NCBI GenBank assembly: GCA_030264375.1
Contig: JASCQW010000146.1
Span: forward strand, 26,798,570-26,862,569
Direction of reading: 5' to 3'
Source of the DNA: Carcharhinus longimanus
Taxonomy: Eukaryota
DNA length: 64,000 bases
This document shows positions 13,170-25,351 of the stretch, in pieces. The notes beneath the pieces are model-generated. The model worked only from the letters and a program-made list of their open reading frames with translations. It did no database searches and was not told the origin of the DNA. The translations under genes were made by a program, and so were the position numbers. Positions within the stretch are counted from its first letter, which is position 1. Each line of letters opens with the position of its first letter.

Positions 13170-14760
13170 ACAGATGTACAAAATGGGGAAAAAGTAGGCC
13201 ATTCAGGTCCTTGAGCCTGCACCACCATTCAATGAGATCGTAGATGATCTACTTGTGTTTTGAATTCTACATTCCCCTTTACGCCTGCCTCTCCACCCCA
13301 CCCCCTCCAATTCTTTGATTCCCTTGCCAAATGAGAAGGCATAATCCTCAGAATAAATTTCTCCTTATCTACATCCTGTGAAGGTGACCCCTAATTCTTA
13401 AACAGTTCCTTCTAGTTCTGGATTCATCCACAACAGAAAACATCCTTTCCTTATCGACCTTGCCAAGATCATTCACAAAATCATAAGAAATAGGAACAGG
13501 CGTATGCCATTCGACCTTTCAAACTTGCTCTGCCATTCATTTTCCTGCCCTTTCCTTATAGTCATGACGTGGAGATGCTGGCATTGGACTGGGGTAAACA
13601 CAGTAAGAGATCTCACAACATCAGGTTAAAGTCCAACAGGTTTACTTAGTAGCAAAATCCACTAGCAGTACTTCAAAAGCTAGTGGATATTGCTACCAAA
13701 TAAACATGTTGGACTTTAACCTGGTGTTGAGACTTCTTACTGTCTTTCCCTGTAATCCTCGATTTCCTGACTGGTCAAAAATATATCTCAGCCTTAAATA
13801 TACACAATGGCTCTATGTATCTTGTAAACAGTTCCTGTGGAATCCTTCTGGTGACAGGTCACCAACCTGAAAAAGAATGCCCTAACTTCACTTGCTATTT
13901 CCTATCAATTAGCCAATTCTCTATATGTCAATAATACCTTTAACATCATGGGCTCTTAACTTATAATTTAACTTTGTGAGGTAACTTGCTGAACATCTTC
14001 TGGAAACCCAAATACAACACAATGGGTTCCCTTCTATCTGCTCTGGTTGAGATTTCCTCAAAAGATTCTTAACTAGTCAGACAATTTCCCTTTCATGCTT
14101 ACTCTACTTGATTAGATTATGATTTTCCAAGTGTGTTATTCCTTAATAATCAATTCCAACATTTTTCCAACAATAGATGTTGGGCTAATCATCCTTTAAT
14201 TGTCTACTTTTTGTTTCCCTCCCCTTTTGAAAAGGAACTCAGGATCTTATATACTTCAATCAAGTTGCCCCCCCACTACTACAAAGTGGTGGGACTTAGG
14301 TTGATTGGCCATACTAAAATTGCCCTTAGTGTCCTGAGATACATAGGTTAGAGGGATTAGTGGGTAAACATGTAGGGATATGGGGTAGGGCCTGGATGGG
14401 ATTGTAGTCAGTGTAGACTCAATGGGCCAAATGGCCTCTTTCTGCACTGTAGGGTTTCTATGATTCATTCTATGATACTCTAAACACCACTGAAAACAAG
14501 CGTAGTCTGTTGAACCTTTCCTCAAAACACAACCTGCAATTCCACATATCAATCTACTCCAACTTATTTACATTCTTCCTTAGAAAAGAGCAAAACTGCA
14601 CACAGAATTGAAGATGTGGTCTTACAAAATGCCCTGTAAAACTGAAGCATAACAGCTGTACTTTTATATGTTCAATTCTTATCGGAATAAAGGACAGCAT
14701 TCCATTAGTCTTCTTAATAACTTTCTGTATCTGCATGCTAACTTTTGATGCATTAAATTG
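13170..14760 (-). mobile_element. Cluster of degenerate CR1 LINE fragments with nested elements (HE1 SINE 3' half at ~14290-14470, + strand)
   Basis: CR1 tail motifs (gtaggccattc...ccattcaatgagatc) and RT fragment KVIKKTNGMLSFI..VRPHLQFCVQF. Confidence 0.7.
13570..13743. mobile_element. Palindromic Penelope-like/MITE-like element
   Basis: ~65-bp inverted arms at 13600-13667 and 13679-13743 (cagtaagag..caggttaaagtccaacaggttta.. / ..taaacatgttggactttaacctgg..cttactg). Confidence 0.75.
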
Positions 14761-15289
14761 TTCTACAATTGGGTATTGGACATAATTCTCCATGTAGCAT
14801 TTTGCTGAACTCAATCAACATGAAATTTTCAAGCGGAATTATTGACTTTTAAAAAGCTGAGGGGCTAAGTCAACTATGAAGCCAGCTCAAAACAAATCAT
14901 TTTTTCTTCCTATTGGCTTATATTTCCTGAAGGTGATTTGCAGTGTTCTAAAAATTGTTGTGCAGACCCGAATACATTCTCTCCAATTCTTCCAGCTAGT
15001 CCACGGGATTGGGGTGTAAAGTTAAGTGATAGGGTAGATCTAAGCATATTTTGGTTTCCCGAATATATTCAAATGTAAGTTTTCTGCACTAGGGTTTCCA
15101 AACAGCTGTTGATCTTAGGTTTTTCTCCCAATTCGTTCAATTGAGGAAATGTTAATGTCATAGTTCCACTTACACTGGACTCCTGATAGAATCACACTTA
15201 AAATGTGGGTGGCTAACCTTAATTGTGCAATTTCAAGTAAGAAAAGGGAGGTTACTTGAACTGTGGTTGGTCCACAAATAATACAAGAG

Positions 15290-15870
15290 AAGTTCATGAA
15301 GTTTGTTTGTTGGATGTCCCTCAATTTGAGGATCATGCCTACTTGGGTTCACGAGTTTCTGCCATGGGTGTTCATACAACCAAACAGACTGGTTAACAAT
15401 TCATGGATCTTAGATCCATGAGGTTCTGGGATCTGGAATGCAAGATTTGCTTCTTTTTCTAGCCTCCCCTGCTACTGCTCTGTTTCATCATCAAGACATG
15501 GTGACTCAAAACATTAAACAGCTTGATGGACAAGTTGTTGCGATTCTAAAGGACTGGTAGCAAGCTCCTCCCAATTAATACGGTCAAGCTTGTCACCCTT
15601 CTAAGAGGGTTTCAGAACATCTTTGAAGCATTTTCTTAATTTTGCCATGGAACGTTGGCCATTTGATAGTTAAGAGAACAGGACATGGTGTTGAAGATAG
15701 CTTCTGGCCATCCGGACACATTGTCCAGCCCATCAAAGTTGATTTTGCAGGAATTTTGCCTGAACTCCTGTGGAACTGGCTTCAAGATAGGTACCAGTGC
15801 TTGCTTGACTGTTGTCCCATTAGATCTGGAGAACGTGCTGGAGGCATTATATCTATTGAAATAATTTCAT
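15290..15870 (-). mobile_element. Degenerate RTE-like LINE fragment
   Basis: Minus strand has QL*WAGQCVRM..LxxGQRSM...KCFKDVLK remnants. Confidence 0.5.
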
Positions 15871-15879
15871 CAGTATTGT

Positions 15880-16830
15880 TAAGTGATTGGGCAAAAAATT
15901 GGCAATTGGAATAGGTGAAGTGCAAAATTGTCCACTTTGGCAAGAATAAAAAAGCAGATACTTTTTGAAAAGATTAGTACATGTTGGGATTTAGAGATTT
16001 CCAGATCCTACAAGTTACAGAAATTTAACATTCAAGTAAAGTAAACAATTAAGGCGACACATGGTACATTAGCTTTTAAGGATGAAGCACAAGAGTCAGG
16101 AACTTTTTCTACAATTATGTAAAGTTTTGCTGAGACTACACCTGTGGAGACATTAGTAAAATGGGGCCTATGTACTCTGGAGTAAGAATCAGAATCCCTA
16201 CAGTGTGGAAAGAGGTCATTCAGCCAGTTGAATCTGCACCAACCATAATGGCCCTATCCCCATAACTCCACATATTTATCCTGCTAATTCCACTGACACC
16301 AAGAGATAATTTAGCATGGCCAATCCACCTAACCTGCACATCTTTGGAGTGTGGGAGAAAACAGACATCCAGAGGAAACCCACATGGTCACAAGGAGAAC
16401 GTGCAAACTCCACACAGACAGTGACTTGAGACCCGAATTGAATCCAGGTCCCTGGCGCTGTGAGACAGCAGTGCTAACCACTGTACTACCGTGCCAAGAG
16501 GAATGAGGTGATTGCAGTAAAAGAAATTCTTAAGTATTTGACAGGGTAAATTCTAAGAGGCAACTTCCCCTGACTAGAGTGCCTAGAAGAAATCTCTTCA
16601 CTCAATGATTATGAATCATCGATTTTTTTTTAAATTCCAGAGGGACTTAAATGTGCAGCTGTTGAGTACATTCAAGACCTTGATCAACAGATCTTTGGGC
16701 ACTACAGAAATCAAGGAAATGAATTATAATAAGTAGAATTGACGTAGAGGCTTAGCTATGATCCTAATGGATGGCGGAACAGGCTCGAAGGGCTGGATGG
16801 CCCCATCCTGCTACAATTTTAAATTTTCTA
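15880..16830 (+). mobile_element. CR1 LINE 3' fragment with nested minus-strand HE1 SINE (16187-16497)
   Basis: CR1 RT remnants and 3' UTR (gaacaggctcgaagggctggatggcc). The SINE is the reverse complement of 57051-57397. Confidence 0.75.
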
Positions 16831-16909
16831 TGATTGACTCCGAGCTGTTCTCTGAGTTGGTCCAATGCGCCACTCAGTTGTATTCAAGATGGTGGCCCAC
16901 CAAAAAGCA

Positions 16910-17285
16910 AAGAACAACTTGCATTTATAAAGTGTCTTTCATAATCACAGCACCTTCCGAGGTCAATAATTAGGAAGCGTGGTCACTGCTGTAATGTAGG
17001 AAATGCGATAGCCAATTTGTGCACAGCAAAATCCCATAAGCAGCAATGTGATAATGTCCACATAATCAGTTTTTTGTGATGTCCATTTTGGGATAAAAAT
17101 TGGCCAGGACATTGTCAATAATTTTTACAGCTACTTTAGAGACAGAGTGCAGCACCTTCTCACTACTATACTGGAGTGTCAGCATAAATGATTTGGTGTT
17201 CATGTCTCTGGGGCAGGACATGAACCCACAGTCTTTTGGCTCAAGAGGTGAGAGTGCTACTAACTCAGCCACAGCTGACACCATC
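16910..17285 (-). mobile_element. SacSINE1/DeuSINE-like element
   Basis: Recalled motifs aacttgcatttat..gtcactgctgtaatgtaggaa..gcacagcaa..ggagtgtcagc..tgaacccaca..ctcagccacagctgaca. A partial copy lies at ~32680-33000. Confidence 0.65.
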
Positions 17286-18741
17286 AGTAACTGAGGCCAA
17301 GTAAGGATAGCCAGCAGCATCCACATCCTAATAATGAATGATAAAAACACAGTTATTTGAATCTAGGATATGCTAATTTAGCAACGATGAACAAAGATAT
17401 ATGATTCAGTTTGTAGGAGATTGGGGCATGCAATTGTATCCTAAGAGAGCAGCAAATGTTTTGGTGTGTAATAGAGTATTAAGAAAATGTTCCCTTTTTC
17501 TTTAAATCAAGATCATTTGAGTAAAGATCAATTAAGAAATATTAATTTCAAAGCTAACTTCATTGCANNNNNNNNNNNNNNNNNNNNNNNNNNNNNNNNN
17601 NNNNNNNNNNNNNNNNNNNNNNNNNNNNNNNNNNNNNNNNNNNNNNNNNNNNNNNNNNNNNNNNNNNCCACTTATCTAAATTTGCTATTCACATCATATG
17701 AAACTGGAACTTTTAAACTGACTTAAGCAAATTCCTAAGTTTACTTTGAAACTCATACTGTAGATTCAAGCAGAGGTTAGCATAATATTCAAACAGGATT
17801 AGGAGTGAATAGATTTGTAAGGCAGTCAGTCAGTCACATTTTAAAACAGGGCTGTTCAACTTGCTGGACGTCAAGTTCATAATATTCTTTAGACTGCCCT
17901 CCCTGAAGTTGCAGGAATATAGTCTGTAAAGCACTCTATTCCTTAAAAAATTCTACATCAAATAATCAAAATGCACCAAAAAAATCCAGCCTTCAAGATT
18001 GCAAAACTCTGGCCTCCAAAGTCATAATCAACATTCTGAATTCCTTAAAATTCCAATCAACATTTATTTTTTTAGAGAAGCAAGCATCATCTTATCAGAA
18101 AACTTCCGTTGTTTGTGCGCAGGTGGTTTGCCAGTTAAACACAACTTTTTAACAATGTTAGTAATGTTCAAATCTTAAGCCAGCTGCACAAAATCTAGTT
18201 GTGATCATGATTGCCCTAAGTGAAATATATAGTATCCTGCAGAACTTAACTTCAAGCAACCCCAATCTATAAAAGTCTTTATTTTTACAAACACAAGACA
18301 TATTATTATACCTCCTTCAGTAATTCTTCCATGTGCACAACATTCAGACGGTACCAAACAATCCTAATTTCTTTCCAAAGTAATAGAAGATTAATTTTTT
18401 GACAATCACAAGTGATCCTGACAGTTACCTAGCTAATAAGATACAGCACACTGTAGTGCACAAAAGGAGTCACAACACAATCACTTGCAAAAGGACAACT
18501 GATAAAATAAAAATTGAGCAAACTCCAGAAAGTAGGAAGACAATACCATGCCAGAAGTATATCAAACAACAAACCAAATTGGAACAAGGTGAATGTCAGT
18601 TACTGTTGTACTGAATAATACAAGAGAAAATAATTCCACTGTCTCAAATGATCTTTAGCTAAAGATAAGCACATCTAAACATTTAGCAATCTTTAATAAC
18701 CTAGTCAAATTTTTAACTGATTGCTTAAAAAACATCTAACA

Positions 18742-18890
18742 GAAAATGCTGATTAAACAAGTGTGTCTGGCAGCATCTGCAAAGAAACAAACAAGAGTTA
18801 ACTTTGAGTCCAATATGACATTTTGCTGCCAGACTGCTCAGTTTTCCTAGTATTTTCTGTAATTTTTCCAGATCTCCAGCATCAGCAACA
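18742..18890. mobile_element. Short palindromic repeat (Penelope/MER6-like). Related copies at ~32060-32125 and 42265-42420
   Basis: tctggcagca...tgctgccaga inverted core with aaatgctg/cagcat flanks. Confidence 0.55.
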
Positions 18891-21780
18891 TTGTTTGTTT
18901 TTTTAACATACATTCCTTTAATGAAAGGAAGTTCCAAAGAGGGCAATTAGAATGATGCATGTCAGAAATTGTATACAGCATGGTTATTCTTGCATCCTTT
19001 AGTTCTTCCACTGCCACCTCGTTGTCGTAATTGCTTTTTCAAATCTAAAGATACAAAACATTGCAAATGATCAAGCAGTTCAAAGTCCATTGTCATTGGT
19101 TTTCCATGTTAATCTGTGCCATGAGATTTTCTTAGGTATCCTGTCACACTGCTCAAGAATTAGAGAAACCATCAAATGATAGAATCGAAGCAGTAAGGGG
19201 GAATGCCAGTGTTAAAGCAAAATTTGACATCAACTTGCATAAGGAGATATTACAGTAGATGACAAAAAGACTGATCAGAGGTAAGTTACCAGGGGCATCT
19301 ATAAAAAAAAGGAGATGCAAAGAGAAACTTTCAGGTTCGAGAGTTTGCTGCTAGAGGCACTATTACCAAAAATGGAATGATTGAAAATCAGAAATGTTCA
19401 ACAGATCAGAATTGGAGTAATGCAGATACATTGGAGGGTTGCACTTTTCCAAATAGAGTTAGAAGAAAATAAAGATGCACTGCATCCTTTCGTCACTCAA
19501 AATTTACACAAGTCCATTGGTTGACTTACTTTCCAAAATTGCTTTTGGAGTAGAGCAATTATTTTTAAGAGAAATTATATGAGAAACTCAAAATTCTTCA
19601 GCAATGCTCCACTCCTTCCAATGTTATCTGGTGCTGAAATTCTTGATCAAACTTGTCAGTCACACCAATCTCCACCCACCAATCTACGACTCCAAAAAAA
19701 ACACAATCAAATGCTCCTTCAAAATGCAATCTCTGCTTCCAAAAAGAAAGGTCAATGATCACTGGTCAACTTTTGGTGATCCTGTCTGCAACCTTAGATT
19801 TCAGAGTAGTAGCCAAAAATCAATATGAAGACAGCTTGTTTAAAATAAAGCTTACTCAGATGAGTACTGAATTTAACACTAGCTACTTTGTGCACCAACT
19901 TATACATCCATCAGTACACATTCAGTTCATTCAGAAACCATCTTTAAACAGGTAGGCTTGTCATTGGAGAGGAGAGAATGCTGTCTCTGACACTCATCTC
20001 TGTAGCTAGGGGGAAGTAAGTATTTGGAAGTTACAAATAGTCAAAGTGCAGATAAGTGAGTTGGTATTGTTTCGTAAACTGTCAAAGAAACCCAAGATTA
20101 TGAATGAGTTTTTTTTTTTAGTTAGTTTATAAATGGTCTACTGGTTTGTGATTATTTTAGGCGTATTTGAACAGTTGCTGTACAGTAACTGATTAGAAGG
20201 AAACATTCATTTCATTCCAAAATTGTGCAAGTTGTCATTTCTGACCTCTGCCTTATTTAGGGAATAAGGCAAACCAAATCGCACATTTGTAAATTCTTAT
20301 CACAAGTTGAGAGAGAAAACCCCTGAACATTACTGGCATTCCCTCACATAGTAGGTCCAGTGTATCATTAGAGTGTAGAACTGTACTTCAGAACAAAAAG
20401 TAAAATCCAAAACACTCATTTTGCATTGAGGAGAAAAAAATTCTCATACACAAAATGCATTGTTTAGTTCAAACTCTACTTTGAGCTTGCAATTTTCCAT
20501 AAAGAAAATGACTCTCAGATAGGAAGGTACTAAAATTTGTCAATGACATTCAAACGGTTCAAATAAACGTTGGTAACAGACGAGAATGTAAGTAAATATA
20601 GCATTCTCACTAACCAATACTTGGCAAGTGAAACAACAGGAGCTAAGTGCTCCTGTAGACCATCCGCTCCTTAAATCAGTCCTGCTCAAATGTCCAAAGT
20701 TTTGCATTACTGAAAGATAAAGTCATTTACTGGCATATATACGAGTCTGTGGGTTTGCTCGGGGTTCCTCAAATTTGAAGTATGTCACAGTTGGCTTCCT
20801 GGGTGATTCAAAATTGAACAGCTGATTCTGCATTCAGCAAATCAACTCAGATCCAGACTTCCTGGCTACAATATACAAGAATACTCTGCATTCCATGAAT
20901 ATTCCATTAAGGCAGCTTCAATTCCACTCGTTTGCTGCATCATGACCTTTATGAATGGTAGGAAATCTGACTAACAGAAATCAAGAATAAACAATTAAAT
21001 TGCTGAAAATACTTGGAATTTAAATTAACGCCTCATTAAGAAACATTATTTGAACAGCAATTTTGGAAATTTAAAACAATCCCATACAGACAACAGCTAT
21101 TAATGGTGAAAAAAAGCATGAAAGCTTTACATGATGGGTGAGGTTCAAAAGCTGCAGGACATTTTTGTACAAAATCTGTCACATGTACATACAAGAAAAG
21201 AACAGAGGTAGGCAAATTAGCCCCTCAATTCCTTCTACCATTCAATGAGATCACAAGTCATCATGGGCTTAATGCCACATGTCCACTTTGCCCCCACATT
21301 CCTTAACACACCTGATTACATCTAAGATAAATGTCTCTTAAAATTAATTGAAACAGCATCAAGTGCTATTTGTAGAAAGTTCCATACTTTTACCACCTTT
21401 CTTGTGTAAAAATAATTCCTAAGGTCACTCCTGAAAGTCAGCTTATTTTCAGGCTATGCTGCCTAGTGTTAGATTACCCAACCAGTGGAAAGAGGGTAGA
21501 TGGAGAAAAACTACCTCATCATCACCTTAAATGGTCGAACCAGGGATTTGCATAGCTGTAGTACGACATCAAATCCTTTGCATTTTATTTCTCTGGACGT
21601 ACAGGTCAATATTTAAATTGCCATTTGATTTTTTTGCCTATGATATTTTAATGTCCTGCATACATACCTCCACTGCTTTTCACCTCTCACCACCAGAATA
21701 TTCACTAATCAATCCTTTTTTGATCCCCGGTAGGTGAACAAACATTTGCCTTTACTGAATCCATATGTGGTCTATCCATT

Positions 21781-23740
21781 TATAGAGTCATAGATGTTTA
21801 CAGCATGGAAACAGGCCCTTCAGCCCAACTAGCCCATGCCACCCAGTTTTTACCATTAAGCTAGTCCCAATTGCATATGTTTGGCCCACATCCCTCAATA
21901 CCAATCTTACCCATGTAACTGTCCAAATGCTTGTTAAAAGACAAAATTGTATTTGCCTCTTCTACTACCTCTGGCAGCTCATTCCAGACACTCATCAGCC
22001 TCTGGGGAAAAAAAAAGCGCCTCTCTGGACCCTTTTGTATCTCTCCCCTCTCCCTTAAACCTATGCCTTCTAATTTTAGACTCCCCTACCTTTGGGAAAA
22101 GATGTTGACAATCTCTCTCATCTACGTCCCTCATCATTTTGTAGACCTCTACAAGATCCTGAAGCCTCCTACGCTCCAGAGAAAGAAGTCCCAGTCTATC
22201 CAGCCTTTCCTTATAACTCAAACCATCGAGTCCCAGTAGCATCCTAGTAAATCTTTTTTGTACTCTTATTTAATAATACCCTTTCTGTAATTGGGTGACC
22301 AGAACTGTATACAGTATTCCAAGCGTGGCTTTACTAATGTCTTGTACAACTTCAACAGGATATCACAATTCCTATATTTAATGTTCTGACCAATGAAACC
22401 AAGCATGCCGAATGCCTTCTTTACCACCCTGTCCAACTGTGACTCTATTTTCAAGGAGCTATGAACCACTGCGCTGTAATGTTCTATGTTCTAATGTCCT
22501 ATCATTAACTGATTAAGTCCTGCCCTGGTTCAAACTACTGAAATGCATCACCTCGCAATTATCTAAATTAAATCCATCTGCCATTCATCAGCCCACTGGC
22601 CCAACTAATCAAGATCTCATTGCAATCCTACATAACCTTCTTCACTGTCCACTATGCCACTAATCTTGGTATTATCTACAACCTTCCTAACAATGCCTCC
22701 TAAAATTCTCATCCAAATCATTAATGTAAATGACAAATAGTAGTGGACTGATCCCTGAGGCACATCACTGGTCACAGGCCTTCTGTTTGAAGAACAACAC
22801 TCTAAAACCACCCTGTCTTCTGTCATCAAGCCAATTTTGTATCCAACTGACTATCTCACCCTGGATCCTGAGATTTAACCTTATGCAACAACCTACCATG
22901 TGGTACCTTTTCAAAAGCCTTGCTAAAGCCCATGTAGACAATGTCGACTGCATAATCCTCATCTAGCTTTTTGGTTACCCCTTAAACTCAATCAAATTTG
23001 AGAGACATGATTTTCTGCTCACAAAGCCAGTGCTGACAGTCCCGAATCAGTCGTTGCCTGTAGATCCTGTGTCTCAGAATGCCTTCTAACAACTTACCAC
23101 CACAGATATTAGGCTCACTGGCCTGTAATTCCCAGGCTTTGCCCTGCAGCCCTTTTTAAACAAAGGCACATTTGCCACCCTCCAATCTTCAGGTACCTCA
23201 CCTGCAGCTGTCAACGATTCAAATGTCTCTGCTACAGCATCTGCAATTTCTTCCCTAGCCTCCCTCAACATCATGGAATACAGTTCAAGTCCCAAGGATT
23301 TATCTACCTTGATACACAAACTTCCAGCACCGCCTTCTGTTAAATGTACACTCCTCAAGACATCACTATTTATTTCCCAAGTTCATGCCTATCTCAACAG
23401 TAAATACTGATGAGAAATATTCATTTAGGATCGCACCCATGCCTTGTGGAACCACAAAGAAATGACTTTGTTGATCGTTGGGTGATCCTATTCTCTCTCT
23501 AGTTACTCTTTGCCCTTTATGTATTTGTTGAAGCTCTTTAGATTCATCTTCACCTGCTCTACCAAAGAAATCTCCTGTCCCTTTTCTGCCCTCTTGATTT
23601 CTTTCTTAACTCTACACCAATAACCTCTATACTCTTCAAGGGATCCACTTGATCCCAGCTGCCCCTATGTATGTCATATGCCTTTCTTCTTGAGCTGGGC
23701 CTCAATATCCAAAGTCATCCATGGTTCCCTACTTGGTGCT
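21781..23740 (-). mobile_element. CR1 LINE, 5'-truncated ORF2 RT plus 3' tail
   Basis: Peptides VPEDWRVANVPLFKKG..PGNYRPVSL, VTSDVPQGSV, LYKTLVKPRLEYCIQFWSP, LSYKERLDRLGL; frameshifted. Confidence 0.92.
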
Positions 23741-23760
23741 TGATGGCCAGCACAGACACA

Positions 23761-25347
23761 ATCTATCCTAATCCCAATCTCCTGCACTTGGTCCATAGCA
23801 TTTTGAATGCCATATCATATAAGGCTATCTAAATGCTTCTTAAATGTGGAGGAGTTCTCATCTCTACCACTTTTTCAGGTTCCTACTACCCTCTGGATGG
23901 AAAAGTTTTTCCTTAAATCCTCTCTAAACCTCCTGCCCTTTACTTAAATCTAAGTCCCTATCCCTGGTTACTGACCCTTTTACTAAAGGGAATCTAACTA
24001 CTATCTAACCTATGTCCCTCAATTTTGTACACTTCAATCAGGTCACCCTTAAGCCTCTCTGCTCCAAGAAAAACAACCCCATCTTAGCCATGCTCTCTTC
24101 ATAGCTGAATTGCTCCAGCCTAGGGAACACCCTAGTGAGTTTCCTCTGCATCCTTTCTAGTGCAAATACATCATCTTGTAGTGTGGCAACCAAAATTGCA
24201 CACAGTATTTTAGCTGTGGCCTAATGAGAGTTTTATACAGCTCCATCATAACCTTCCTGCTCTTATATTCTATGCCTTGTCTAATAAAGGGATATGCCTT
24301 CTTAACCAACTTATCCACCTATACTACTGCCTTCAGGGATCTTTGGACATACACCCTCTGATCATTTGTACTTGCTAGTGTCCTGCCATTCATCATGTAT
24401 GCCCTCGCATTGTTAATCCTCCCAAAATGTATTACCTCACATTTGAGGTAATTGAGTAAAGACACCTCAAAGTTACATCCAGGTTTGGCCCTGAAGCTAT
24501 GTGATAGTGGGTATAATGCGGACACACGAGCAATGTCAGCTGCAACTCTTAAAGGGTCAATTCAAAATTGAAACTTGGAGTTATTTGGAGCAAGGTGAGG
24601 GAGAGAAGTATTGTAATGGATACTGATATAGCCATGGGCTATATCAATTTAATGGCACAGCACTTAAATGCATTGCTGGGGGAGTGATGAGAAGAAACTG
24701 ATTGTTGCAACGGAACACAGCATGGCTGGAGGAGCCCAAGCATATCACTAGCTGAAGCAATGTGCCACACTTCTGTATTAATGGCAGGAAGAACTTTAAT
24801 GTCCTAACCAGATCAGGGAAAGTGAGTACAGAGTTGCACTTTGATCCCTATCCTGGTGTGCTCCTCACTCCGCCTTATCAAGACACTGGTCACAATTACC
24901 ATACACATCAAACTGATTCTCAGTGTTTCATCACATCTCCATCTATCCCTCTCTGACTGCAGCTCACCTTTATCTTTATGCAATTTGATACCTCTCCCCA
25001 GTAGGCACCAACACCAAAATCGCTGCATCCGTGAAAATATGCTACTACAGTCTAGGTCTGCTTTACCCCCATTGAAGGTTAAGCTAGCACAGAATACGAG
25101 AAGAATGCAGAGGTCCACAGGTGGTCCTTCACAGCTTGGTCAGTTGACAGGGTTCAGAGAAGTAATTGAAATAGAGTAGTGGTGCTTCAGCACCCCCAAC
25201 AAGTGGAGAGGAAGAGACTGGGACAGTATAGGTACCTGATGATGGAATTAAATATCTTCATGTTATATAACACGGTCACGTTGAGGTAATTTCAGCAGCA
25301 AGTGAAATATCATCTGCATAACACTGCAACAATCTTCCAATATTAAT
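23761..25347. mobile_element. Composite repeat copy A, left part: minus-strand CR1 3' fragment fused to plus-strand Harbinger Myb/SANT-like gene remnant
   Basis: Colinear with 59191-60805. Encodes GRKNFNVLTRSGK|gtgagt and ag|VKLAQNTRRMQRSTGGPSQLGQLT. Confidence 0.75.
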
Positions 25348-25351
25348 TGAT

